Shown here in pieces: positions 6,098 to 15,061 of a stretch of DNA of 25,901 bases (position 1 is the first letter of the stretch; each line of letters opens with the position of its first letter). The notes under the pieces were generated by a model. The model saw only the letters and a list, made by a program, of their open reading frames with translations, had not been told where the DNA came from and ran no database searches. The position numbers were made by a program, and so were the translations under genes. This DNA is from a virus (lineage: Duplodnaviria > Caudoviricetes): IMG/VR virus record IMGVR_UViG_3300030106_002948, positions 1 to 25,901 of that record; one strand, given 5' to 3'.

Positions 6098-6136
6098 TAT
6101 AAGGGTACAGTTCTGAATTTGTTCGGGGTTGATCCG

Positions 6137-6271
6137 TTGGCTAAGAAGGTTGAGCACAAAGCTAATCTCACAAAAAACAAAAAGACCTCAATTGGTCGGT
6201 CTGCGTTTAGTCGTCCCATCAACAAGCACAAGCGGAAGAACTGGAAGAGGTACAGAGGACAGGGCAGATGA
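6137..6271 (+). CDS. 44-aa basic phage protein of the '...YRGQGR' C-terminal family (not in ORF track)
   Basis: TTG start; MAKKVEHKANLTKNKKTSIGRSAFSRPINKHKRKNWKRYRGQGR; ATGA overlap with the next gene. Confidence 0.7.
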   Translation: MAKKVEHKANLTKNKKTSIGRSAFSRPINKHKRKNWKRYRGQGR

Positions 6272-6495
6272 AGTGGATAATTATTGTTGTCATGACATCT
6301 ATGTCTGCTGATGGGCATAACGCCGTTCAGATAGAAAACAAACACGACGAGCCTCTTGTTTTTGAGACAAAGGAGGATTGCATAAAACACGTAAAAGAAA
6401 ACTACATCCCCATAACTCTCTTCGCTTATAAGATTTTTGATGGTGAGAAGGGTATCAAGAATGTTCAGTGCGTACCCCAATTGGTGGAACTATGA
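6268..6495 (+). CDS. Hypothetical protein with hydrophobic N-terminus and two Cys
   Basis: MKWIIIVVM...FETKEDC...QC; ATGA overlaps at both ends. Confidence 0.7.
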   Translation: MKWIIIVVMTSMSADGHNAVQIENKHDEPLVFETKEDCIKHVKENYIPITLFAYKIFDGEKGIKNVQCVPQLVEL

Positions 6496-6992
6496 ACTTC
6501 CCCAGAATACAACTGAAGAAAGACTTATCCCAAACCACCACGTTTTTTGTGTTTGCTGCCTCATGCAGGGACGCTTTGGTGTATCTGGCATCTCCCTTCA
6601 AATCAGAAAAGCCCTTCCAGCCCCATACAGGCGTCTCTGAGGACGTTTGGAGAGAAAGAGCTAGGCAGGTAACCATTACGACTGAATGGCTACTCAACAA
6701 GGGAATATGGGCCTTCTCGCCTATAGTCTACGGAATGCAAGTTGATGAAACGTGTGGCAGTCATGATTCAGCTTGGTGGCTGAGAAGGGATTTTGAGTTT
6801 TTCAAGAAGTGCGATGTGTTTGCAATTCTTGCTTTGGATGGCTGGCAGGACAGTCCCGGTGTCGAAAAAGAAACAGAATGGGCGCTCACGATGGGCAAGC
6901 CAATATTTATTTTAGAATTGGAGGATGACTGGTTTGACGAAGAGACAACGGCAGGTGCTGGATTTCGTAGAGAAATTTTGGGAGATGCATAG
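6492..6992 (+). CDS. DUF1937 / nucleoside 2-deoxyribosyltransferase-like protein
   Basis: YLASPF, FSPI and LDGWQDSPGVEKE...GKPI motifs. Confidence 0.75.
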   Translation: MNFPRIQLKKDLSQTTTFFVFAASCRDALVYLASPFKSEKPFQPHTGVSEDVWRERARQVTITTEWLLNKGIWAFSPIVYGMQVDETCGSHDSAWWLRRDFEFFKKCDVFAILALDGWQDSPGVEKETEWALTMGKPIFILELEDDWFDEETTAGAGFRREILGDA

Positions 6993-7179
6993 GTACTCTC
7001 CCTCGTATAGGGAGGTTGCTGAAAATCAGGAGATAGCTGTATCCCATGCTTTCTACGTTGTGAAAACTCTATCAAAGAAAGGATTGCTTCATACAGATCA
7101 GGCTTCTTCTAGATCAATCTACCCCATCAAGGTATGGAAGGACATGAGGCATGAGACCGACTTACCAGAGACAGCATGA
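6925..7179 (+). CDS. LexA-type winged-HTH DNA-binding protein lacking the peptidase domain
   Basis: LTKRQRQVLDFV...YSPSYREVA...L.KKG.L....RSI matches the LexA N-terminal domain; only 84 aa. Confidence 0.8.
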   Translation: MTGLTKRQRQVLDFVEKFWEMHRYSPSYREVAENQEIAVSHAFYVVKTLSKKGLLHTDQASSRSIYPIKVWKDMRHETDLPETA

Positions 7180-7750
7180 CTTGGATAACGAACTGTCTGT
7201 GATGAACAGCTTTGCTGTCGTTATGGATACTGAGGTTTATTTCTGGCACGGGCAAAATAATTTATACATGCCGCCAGAAAATGAATTTGGGTTTAAAAAA
7301 TCCCCCAACTTCTCCTGCTACGATTACATGTTGACATGCGACGACGTAGGCTCTGACCTTGGATCAGGCCCTGCCGTTGCAATCGTTGAGATCAAATGCA
7401 GAAACTACAATCATGACGATTTTGACAGCTACAAGATATCGAAAAGAAAAATCGATAATTTGATCAATACGTCTTTTAAGCATGAGATTGTGTCCGTTCT
7501 AATAGTGAAGTGGAATGATTTATGTACAGCCATGATGGTGTATAATCCCTTTCACTTCCCCAAGAATTACGAGAACTACCCTATAACAAAAGAAGGTCAC
7601 GCGATTTTTGAAGACTGGTACTCTGACATGAACTCTTACATTCAGTCGGGTCAAGTAACCAAAACGACATGGGGCAGGGTAGATAGAAAAGACCCTATGG
7701 ATGTTGAGACAGCTTACGAAATACCAATGTCTTTCTTCCGCACTTTTTGA
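7151..7750 (+). CDS. PD-(D/E)xK-family nuclease
   Basis: YDY...VEIKCR catalytic pattern and a C-terminal GR.DR.D..D.E motif. Confidence 0.65.
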   Translation: MRPTYQRQHDLDNELSVMNSFAVVMDTEVYFWHGQNNLYMPPENEFGFKKSPNFSCYDYMLTCDDVGSDLGSGPAVAIVEIKCRNYNHDDFDSYKISKRKIDNLINTSFKHEIVSVLIVKWNDLCTAMMVYNPFHFPKNYENYPITKEGHAIFEDWYSDMNSYIQSGQVTKTTWGRVDRKDPMDVETAYEIPMSFFRTF

Positions 7751-7765
7751 TCAAAACACAGGTTA

Positions 7766-7794
7766 TTGATTTTGTAGGTATTATTTATTATAAA
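7766..7794 (+). promoter_or_regulatory. Possible sigma70-like promoter upstream of terL
   Basis: TTGATT-N17-TATAAA in an AT-rich intergenic region. Confidence 0.45.
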
Positions 7795-7865
7795 TACTGT
7801 GTACTCATTATTTGAGTCCGGTGCCGGGACTACCGATACCCGCGCAAGTTCCCCTTTACGCACCG

Positions 7866-7893
7866 GGAAGAGAGCGCTTCGGCGCTCTTTTCC
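7866..7893 (+). terminator. 12-bp cUUCGg hairpin, terminator or attenuator-like
   Basis: GGAAGAGAGCGC-TTCG-GCGCTCTTTTCC, 18 nt before the terL ATG. Confidence 0.6.
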
Positions 7894-7911
7894 TAATTGA
7901 AACGGGGTTGA

Positions 7912-9411
7912 ATGGACGCACAGCTTCAAAACTATCTGGATAAAGTCGCCACCCTTCCTGTAGAGGAACAGGAGGAGATATTGAAGTTGCTACAAGATTT
8001 AGATGTAGCGACAAAGAGAGAGGCGTCTCAAACTAGCTTCCTCAAGTTTGTGCAGGAAATGTGGCCCGCCTTCATTCATGGTTCTCATCATGAGATCATG
8101 TCGGATGCTTTTGAAAAGGTGTGTGATGGTAAACTCAAAAGACTGATCATCAACATGCCGCCACGGCATACAAAATCTGAGTTTGCATCGTATCTTCTAC
8201 CTGCTTGGTTCCTCGGTAGGTTCCCCGAAAAGAAAGTTATACAGACCGCTCACACTGCGGAACTGGCTGTTGGCTTCGGTCGTAAGGTGCGAAACCTTGT
8301 GGGGGATGACGACTTCAAGGCTGTGTTTAAAGATGTATCTCTAAGGTCAGATTCAAAGGCTGCTGGACGTTGGAACACGAACAAAGGCGGCGAATACTTT
8401 GCTATCGGTGTGGGTGGTGCCGTCACTGGTAAAGGTGCTGATCTTCTGATCATTGACGATCCGCACAGTGAACAGGAAGCACGATCTCCTGACGGATCAG
8501 TCTTCGATCCAGTGTACGAGTGGTATACGTCAGGTCCGCGTCAGAGGCTGCAACCGGGCGGTGCTATCGTTATCGTGATGACGCGGTGGCATCAACGTGA
8601 TTTGGCGGGTCAAATATTAAAAGCTTCCCAACAGAGGGATGGCAGTGATGAATGGGAGGTAATTCAACTTCCCGCAATATTGCCGTCTGGTAATTCTCTC
8701 TGGCCTGAGTTCTGGCCGAAACCAGAGTTGGAAAAGCTGAAGGCAGAACTGCCAGCGTCAAAATGGTCTGCACAATATCAACAAGACCCGACTGCTGAAG
8801 AAAATGCGATCATCAAAAGAGAGTGGTGGCGCAAATGGGAGGAAAAGCAACCTCCTCTATGTGAGTTCATAATTCAGTCTTGGGATACGGCTTTTCTCAA
8901 AACTGAACGCGCTGACTATTCAGCGTGTACGACTTGGGGTGTTTTTTACCCTGATGAAGATGAGGGTGGTAACGCGAACATAATTCTTCTGGACGCATTC
9001 AAGGACAGGATGGAGTTCCCAGAACTGAAGAGTGTCGCAATGAAAACGTATAACGAGTGGGAGCCAGATGCCTGTATCGTGGAAGCCAAAGCAGCAGGAA
9101 TGCCGCTTATATTTGAATTGCGTCAGATGGGTATGCCTATCGGGGAATTCACACCATCTAGAGGCAATGATAAAATAGCTCGCGTAAATGCCGTTAGTGA
9201 TCTCTTTGCATCCGGGGTTGTGTGGACGCCCCAAACCTCTTGGGCAGAAGAGGTCATGGAGGAATTTGCATCGTTCCCTGTCGGGGAGCACGATGACTTG
9301 GTAGACAGTAGCACTCAGGCATTACTTCGCTTTAGGCAGGGTGGCTTCATAAGGATGTCGTCAGATGATGACGAGGACTTTATTCCCCGTGCAAAAGCGG
9401 AGTATTACTGA
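7912..9411 (+). CDS. terL: Terminase large subunit
   Basis: MPPRHTKS Walker A, LLIIDD Walker B, MTRW coupling motif, nuclease motifs SWDTA and HDDLVD. Confidence 0.95.
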   Translation: MDAQLQNYLDKVATLPVEEQEEILKLLQDLDVATKREASQTSFLKFVQEMWPAFIHGSHHEIMSDAFEKVCDGKLKRLIINMPPRHTKSEFASYLLPAWFLGRFPEKKVIQTAHTAELAVGFGRKVRNLVGDDDFKAVFKDVSLRSDSKAAGRWNTNKGGEYFAIGVGGAVTGKGADLLIIDDPHSEQEARSPDGSVFDPVYEWYTSGPRQRLQPGGAIVIVMTRWHQRDLAGQILKASQQRDGSDEWEVIQLPAILPSGNSLWPEFWPKPELEKLKAELPASKWSAQYQQDPTAEENAIIKREWWRKWEEKQPPLCEFIIQSWDTAFLKTERADYSACTTWGVFYPDEDEGGNANIILLDAFKDRMEFPELKSVAMKTYNEWEPDACIVEAKAAGMPLIFELRQMGMPIGEFTPSRGNDKIARVNAVSDLFASGVVWTPQTSWAEEVMEEFASFPVGEHDDLVDSSTQALLRFRQGGFIRMSSDDDEDFIPRAKAEYY

Positions 9412-10514
9412 TGGCGATTAATGACAAGCTTCAAAGAAATAATCGCGTTACGTCTAGAAGAGATGCATATTCTCTAGAAGAGTGTGATGAGGTCTATCAA
9501 GCCTTCATGGCAAGCGATTCTAGTGCGTCTAACTTTGCCAGAGAGCTAGGCATAGGTCTTGGAAAGTTTCGATATATCCTCAGGCGAAGAAAAGAACTGA
9601 TGGAGAAAATAGGTAGTGACGTTCCGTTCGCCATAGAAAGAAAGGATATTGGCGACGATATAGCCGACGTTGATGATATTATAGAGCGCAGGAGAAAAGA
9701 ATTTAAGAGGCGAGACAAAGCCTCAAAGACAAACGCCCTAATACCCTGTAAGGTGAAAATTGATGGGCCAATTGGTATTCTTCACATGGGAGACAACCAT
9801 GTTGATGATCCCGGAACTAATATCAGTTTGTTAGAAAAGCACATTGATCTTATTAATTCTACGGAGGGTTTGTTCGGTGCTAATGTTGGCGATATGGCAA
9901 ACCACTGGGTTGGACGGCTCGCTCGTCTACACGCCTATCAGTCAACTACTGAGGCAGAAACTTGGCGGTTGGTTGAATGGCTGATGACCAGTGTTGACTG
10001 GTTATACATTATCGGTGGAAATCATGATATGTGGGTTGGAAACGGTGACCCAATCCAGTGGATGGTCAGAAACCAAATGGGTGTGTACAAATCACACGGC
10101 GCTAGAATTGAGTTGCAGTTCCCTAATGGCAATTCGGTAATCGTCAATGCGCGTCATGATTGGCCCGGTCATTCTCAATACAACCCGGCGCACGGCCCCG
10201 CAAAAGCAATACAAAGGGGTGTGACAGACCATATCGTTATAGCTGGTCATAGGCACATAACGGGATATCAAATCTTAAAGAACCCTTTGAGCGGTGTTAT
10301 ATCTCACGCATTGAGAGTGGCATCATACAAAATACATGATGACTATGCGACATCATTGGGATTGCCCGATCAAAATATATCACCAGCAGTCTTAACGATT
10401 ATTGATCCTGAGAGAGATCAAAATGATCCGGGCATGATCAATGTTTTTCACGATGTCGATAGTGGTGTAGAATTTTTAACATTCTTGCGGAAAAAATATG
10501 CTAGTCTGAACTAA
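9411..10514 (+). CDS. Calcineurin-like metallophosphoesterase with possible N-terminal HTH
   Basis: GDNH, GD, GNHD, H and GHRH metal-binding motifs in canonical order; FARELGIG HTH-like segment. Confidence 0.85.
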   Translation: MAINDKLQRNNRVTSRRDAYSLEECDEVYQAFMASDSSASNFARELGIGLGKFRYILRRRKELMEKIGSDVPFAIERKDIGDDIADVDDIIERRRKEFKRRDKASKTNALIPCKVKIDGPIGILHMGDNHVDDPGTNISLLEKHIDLINSTEGLFGANVGDMANHWVGRLARLHAYQSTTEAETWRLVEWLMTSVDWLYIIGGNHDMWVGNGDPIQWMVRNQMGVYKSHGARIELQFPNGNSVIVNARHDWPGHSQYNPAHGPAKAIQRGVTDHIVIAGHRHITGYQILKNPLSGVISHALRVASYKIHDDYATSLGLPDQNISPAVLTIIDPERDQNDPGMINVFHDVDSGVEFLTFLRKKYASLN

Positions 10515-10534
10515 GCATCTTAAAGGAAATACTG

Positions 10535-13042
10535 ATGGCTGTAGAAAAACGTCTTGAAGAGAGCGAAATAGAATTGATGGACCCAGATGGTCCAGCGCAA
10601 GAGGTTCAGGTGGCTGTTGTAAATCCTGAGGCTGTTGCAATCTCAACAGAAGACGGCGGCGTTGTTATTGATTTCAATCCTGAAGATGACGTTTTGTCTC
10701 AAGATAGCCATGATGCAAACTTGGCAGAAATCATGGATGACCAAGACCTGCACGCTCTAGCATCAGAGCTTAGTGGTGATTTTGAGATGGATCAGAATTC
10801 ACGTTCTGATTGGGCGGATGCCTATGTAAAGGGTTTGGACTTGTTGGGCCTGAAGGCAGAAGACAGAACTACGCCTTGGCCGGGTGCTTGTGGTGTATAC
10901 CATCCTATTTTGACAGAGGCAGTTGTTCGTTTTCAGTCACAGGCCATCATGGAAGTGTTTCCTGCGTCTGGTCCCGTCAAGACTAAGGTTCTTGGTAAGA
11001 TGTCAGACGACAAACAGGAACAGGCCACTCGCGTTCAAGACTATATGAACTATCTTTTGACGGAAAAAATGACTGAGTACCGTCCTGAGATGGAACAATT
11101 GTTATTTAGTTTGCCTTTGGCCGGGTCTGCATTCAAAAAAGTGTACTTTGATTCAAATATGGACCGAATTTGTACGACTTTTGTACCCGCCGAAGACTTT
11201 GTTGTGAGCTATGGAAGCTCTGATTTGCAGTCAGCAGAGCGATATACGCATATTATGCGTAAATCTTCTAATGAAATTAGAAAATTACAGGTTGCTGGCC
11301 TGTATAAAGACGTAAAATTGGGTAACGCACCCAATTATGAGACCGATATTCAAGAAAAATACGACGAAATGGAGGGCGAGAGCCGATCTGGAGACAATGA
11401 CAACCGTCACATTGTCCTAGAAATGCATGTTGACCTTGATTTAGAGGGATTTGAGGACAAAAACGAGAATGGAGAGCCTACAGAGATAGCATTGCCCTAT
11501 GTTGTCACCATTTTGAAGTCCAATAACAAGGTTTTGTCCATACGCCGCAACTGGTACGAGGACGATAAGTCTAAAATGAAGCGTATGCACTTCGTGCATT
11601 ACCAATATATGCCGGGTTTAGGGTTCTATGGGTTTGGTTTGATACATTTGATTGGTGGTATCGCAAAAAGCGCTACTTCAATCCTAAGGCAGCTAGTTGA
11701 TGCTGGTACCTTGTCCAATCTTCCGGGTGGTTTGAAGTCTCGCGGTCTCCGAATCAAGGGTGATGACAGCCCGATCATGCCGGGTGAGTTTAGAGACGTT
11801 GATGTTCCCGGTGGTGCCATTAGAGACAACATTACGTTCTTGCCATACAAAGAACCCAGCAATGTTTTGCATCAAATGCTTGGTGAGCTTGTAGAGGAAG
11901 GACGCAGGTTTGCCTCTTTGACTGATCTCAAGCTTGCTGACATGAAGCAAGACGCCCCTGTGGGTACAACTCTGGCTTTGATTGAGCGGTCAATGAAGGT
12001 TATGACCGCAATACAGGCGCGATTGCACGCCTCAATGAAGCGTGAGTTCGTATTGATCTCTGATCTGGTGCATGACTATGGCGCAGATACAGATTACGAG
12101 TATGAGGCAGAGGATGACGCCGTAAAAGCTGAGGACTTTGACAATCGTATTGATGTTATCCCGGTCAGCGATCCAAACTCGTCTACGATGAGCCAGCGTA
12201 TCATGCAATATCAAGCTGCATTGCAACTCGCTCAACAAGCCCCGCAAATGTACGACATGCCAGAACTGCACAGGCAGATGTTGGATGTTCTGGGTATTCG
12301 AGATGCGGACACAATTATTCCGCTTACCAAAGAGAAGAAGCCGCGTGATCCTGTGTCAGAAAACATGGATGTTCTGAATGGTAAGCCTCTCAAGGCGTTC
12401 TCGTATCAAGATCATGAAGCTCACATACAAGTACACATGAACGCGATACAAGACCCCAAGATAACCAATCTGGTAAGTCAAAGCCCAATGGCTGGCAACA
12501 TACAAGCTGCTATGGCAGCACATATACAGGAGCATCTGGGCTTTTTATATAGACGCGAGATAGAGAAGCAGATGGGGGTTGAGCTACCACCTGAGGGTGA
12601 ACCGCTCCCTGAAGATGTTGAGGTTAAACTGTCTCGCCTTGTCGCAGAAGCTTCTGACAGGCTGTTCCGCAAAGATGTGATGGAAGAGCAGCAGAAGAAA
12701 GCAATGGAGAAAGCACAAGACCCTGTCATACAAATGCAACAGCAAGAGCTTCAGCTTGAAGCAGCAGACCTTGAGCGCAAGGCTCAGACTGACACTGCGC
12801 GAATGATCAAGGATTTGAAAGAAGCTCAAATGCGTCAGGAGACTGAACTCCTTAGGATCAAGTCTCAAGAACGTATGGAAGGCGCTAGGTTGGGCGTCGA
12901 GATAGCTAAAGACGCATTAGAGGCTGAACAGAAGAAAGAAGACGTTCAGCGTAGAGGCGTTATGGACACTGCAAAGATATTATCAGATGTTGGAAAAAGC
13001 TTGATGAACCCCAATAATGGTAATAGAAATAATTCAGGTTAA
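10535..13042 (+). CDS. Portal protein
   Basis: 835 aa downstream of terL; HPILTEAVVRFQ, GSAFKKVY and PGLGFYGFG motifs; Q/E/K-rich coiled-coil tail. Confidence 0.9.
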   Translation: MAVEKRLEESEIELMDPDGPAQEVQVAVVNPEAVAISTEDGGVVIDFNPEDDVLSQDSHDANLAEIMDDQDLHALASELSGDFEMDQNSRSDWADAYVKGLDLLGLKAEDRTTPWPGACGVYHPILTEAVVRFQSQAIMEVFPASGPVKTKVLGKMSDDKQEQATRVQDYMNYLLTEKMTEYRPEMEQLLFSLPLAGSAFKKVYFDSNMDRICTTFVPAEDFVVSYGSSDLQSAERYTHIMRKSSNEIRKLQVAGLYKDVKLGNAPNYETDIQEKYDEMEGESRSGDNDNRHIVLEMHVDLDLEGFEDKNENGEPTEIALPYVVTILKSNNKVLSIRRNWYEDDKSKMKRMHFVHYQYMPGLGFYGFGLIHLIGGIAKSATSILRQLVDAGTLSNLPGGLKSRGLRIKGDDSPIMPGEFRDVDVPGGAIRDNITFLPYKEPSNVLHQMLGELVEEGRRFASLTDLKLADMKQDAPVGTTLALIERSMKVMTAIQARLHASMKREFVLISDLVHDYGADTDYEYEAEDDAVKAEDFDNRIDVIPVSDPNSSTMSQRIMQYQAALQLAQQAPQMYDMPELHRQMLDVLGIRDADTIIPLTKEKKPRDPVSENMDVLNGKPLKAFSYQDHEAHIQVHMNAIQDPKITNLVSQSPMAGNIQAAMAAHIQEHLGFLYRREIEKQMGVELPPEGEPLPEDVEVKLSRLVAEASDRLFRKDVMEEQQKKAMEKAQDPVIQMQQQELQLEAADLERKAQTDTARMIKDLKEAQMRQETELLRIKSQERMEGARLGVEIAKDALEAEQKKEDVQRRGVMDTAKILSDVGKSLMNPNNGNRNNSG

Positions 13043-13053
13043 AAATAACCTGA
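13034..13053. promoter_or_regulatory. Palindromic site, copy 8 (overlaps the portal stop)
   Basis: TCAGGTTAAAAATAACCTGA with perfect 8-bp arms. Confidence 0.85.
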
Positions 13054-13062
13054 AGGTGATGT

Positions 13063-13269
13063 GTGCCTATAACGGAAAACGTCTATGAGGTATTCCAAAA
13101 GAACCTCAGGACGTACATGAATGAGAAGGCTGACTTCTTGGCTACTGGTGGTGCGAGTAGCTTTGAAGAGTATAACAAGGCTGTTGGAGTTATTCAGGGC
13201 CTTGCATTGGCCGAAAGAGAGCTTATCGATCTCTTTGAGGCTTTGCGTAAAGGAGAAGAGGATGACTGA
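13063..13269 (+). CDS. Small head-region hypothetical protein
   Basis: GTG start after AGGTGA; L..GG...FEEY...G..GL pattern recalled between portal and GroES in related phages. Confidence 0.75.
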   Translation: MPITENVYEVFQKNLRTYMNEKADFLATGGASSFEEYNKAVGVIQGLALAERELIDLFEALRKGEEDD

Positions 13270-13636
13270 AGAAAATGTTGTCCCGTTGGATGATGCTAGG
13301 AAGGCAAAGGCTCTTCCTGATCCAGTGGGATATAAATTGCTAATAGCAATTCCCCTAAAAGAAGAAAAAACGGAAGGTGGTATTCTGCTACCAGAAGATA
13401 CTCGTCGCAGGGAAGAGGCGGCTAGTATTACAGGAATGATCTTAAAAATTGGACCTGATGCTTACACAGATCAGGAGCGGTTCCCTAGTGGGGCTTGGTG
13501 TAAGGAGGGCGATTGGATTGTTATGCGATCTTATACTGGCACTAGAATAGAGGTGCATGGTCAAGAGTTTCGCATCATCAATGATGATTCTGTGGAAGCA
13601 ATAGTGGAAGACCCACGGGGGATTAAAAGAGTATGA
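13262..13636 (+). CDS. groES: GroES-like co-chaperonin
   Basis: P.GYKLL, mobile loop KTEGGILLP, G.ILKIG, EGD and RIINDD. Start moved to ATG 13262 after AGGAG. Confidence 0.9.
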   Translation: MTEENVVPLDDARKAKALPDPVGYKLLIAIPLKEEKTEGGILLPEDTRRREEAASITGMILKIGPDAYTDQERFPSGAWCKEGDWIVMRSYTGTRIEVHGQEFRIINDDSVEAIVEDPRGIKRV

Positions 13637-14598
13637 TTGAAGAAGGTGCCGTTCAAGAAGCGGAAGATTCAGTGCAGGAAGAAGATGTTCCTGACCCGGA
13701 CGCTTTCGAGGTAAGTATTGTAGATGATACGCCAGAGGAAGATCGTGGTAGAGCTAAACAGGCTGATGACGTTGATGATGCTGAAGGCGAAGATGAAGAT
13801 TTGGATGAAACGCAATTCAGCAAGCGTATCCAAAAAAGGATCAACAAACTTCGGTATGATTACAACGAAGAGCGTAGAGAGAAAGAACGCTTTCAAAGAG
13901 AAAACACTGAAGCTGTAAATTATGCTCAGTCAATACAATCTCAAAACGAAGATTTGCGTAATCAATCGGCTGAGTTAAGGCGTCTTCTGTATGATCAGGT
14001 GGCTGCTAAGACTGATACTGAGATTGAGTCTGTAAAACGCCGTTATAAAGAAGCATACGAAAATGGCGATACAGATTCGGTCGTTAGCGCTCAAGAGGAT
14101 TTGAGCCGTCTGTATGCAGAGAAGACGAGATTTTCCGCCGAAAGCGATAGCTTTGAGCAGCAAGCTGCCCCTCAGCAACAACCAGTTCAACAACAGCAAC
14201 CAGATATACCACCACCTGACCCTATGGCAGTTGACTGGCTGAAAAGAAACTCTTGGTTTCAGCAGCCGGGTTATGAAGAGATGACTGGGTATGCTGTAGG
14301 TCTACATGAAAAACTTGTAAAACAAGGGGTAGACCCAAGAAACAATCCAAGCTATTATGAGAATATAGATACTGCATTACAGAAGCAGTTTTCTGAATTC
14401 TTCGGAGAAGGCCAAGAACAAGCTAGTGAGGCTCCGACTTCCCGAAGAACTCCGGTGGTAGCACCGTCCAAAAGGGGGACGGGGCGTACACCGCGCAAAG
14501 TGGAGTTGACTAGCACTCAGGTTTCTCTCGCCAAGAAACTTGGGTTATCGCCTCAACAGTACGCGGCACAGCTTGTGAAGGAGATGAGTAATGGCTGA
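13633..14598 (+). CDS. Putative capsid scaffolding protein
   Basis: Acidic N-terminus, long coiled coil, Q/P linker and C-terminal AKKLGLSPQQYA; lies upstream of the capsid gene. Confidence 0.7.
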   Translation: MIEEGAVQEAEDSVQEEDVPDPDAFEVSIVDDTPEEDRGRAKQADDVDDAEGEDEDLDETQFSKRIQKRINKLRYDYNEERREKERFQRENTEAVNYAQSIQSQNEDLRNQSAELRRLLYDQVAAKTDTEIESVKRRYKEAYENGDTDSVVSAQEDLSRLYAEKTRFSAESDSFEQQAAPQQQPVQQQQPDIPPPDPMAVDWLKRNSWFQQPGYEEMTGYAVGLHEKLVKQGVDPRNNPSYYENIDTALQKQFSEFFGEGQEQASEAPTSRRTPVVAPSKRGTGRTPRKVELTSTQVSLAKKLGLSPQQYAAQLVKEMSNG

Positions 14599-15061
14599 CG
14601 TAAGAGGATCAGAGCGCAAACCGAGACAGACGGATACCCGTGAGCAACAGGTGCGTACAAAAGCATGGGAACCGCCGCAAGTTCTTCCTGATCCAACCCC
14701 GCAAGATGGTTATGTCTTTCGGTGGATTAGGACTTCTACTCTTGGTAACGCAGACAATGTGAATGCATCCAAGCGTTTCCGGGAAGGATGGGAGCCTGTA
14801 AGGGCTGAGGATCATCCAGAGTTGATGCTTCAATCTGACCACGGCACGAAGTGGGAAGGGAACATCGAAGTTGGGGGTCTTCTTCTTTGCAAGACTACCG
14901 TCGAAAATGTAGAAGCGCGTAATGAATATTATGCGAATGCAGCGGCTAGGCAGGTTGAGTCTGTTGATAATAACTTCATGCGGGAGAACGATCCGCGAAT
15001 GCCTAAGCTGAATGAATCCACAACTAGGGTTCAATTTGGTAGTGGTGTGAAGCCGGGTTAA
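14591..15061 (+). CDS. Conserved head-module protein
   Basis: GYVFRWIR, EGWEPV and VGGLLLC motifs; GGAG RBS. Confidence 0.75.
   Translation: MADVRGSERKPRQTDTREQQVRTKAWEPPQVLPDPTPQDGYVFRWIRTSTLGNADNVNASKRFREGWEPVRAEDHPELMLQSDHGTKWEGNIEVGGLLLCKTTVENVEARNEYYANAAARQVESVDNNFMRENDPRMPKLNESTTRVQFGSGVKPG

Noticed and set aside
6129-6311. 60-aa plus-strand ORF, and the minus-strand 6094..6480 ORF
   Set aside because: The alternative frame 6137..6271 gives a recognisable peptide with ATGA coupling to the next gene
7789-7796. TATAAATA as a T4-type late promoter
   Set aside because: Only one copy noticed, in AT-rich DNA; the phage is not T4-like, no gp55-like sigma factor is in the window, and a -35-like element suits sigma70
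13121-13261. N-terminal extension of GroES given in the ORF track
   Set aside because: Overlaps gene 13063..13269; ATG 13262 has an AGGAG RBS and gives a normal-sized protein
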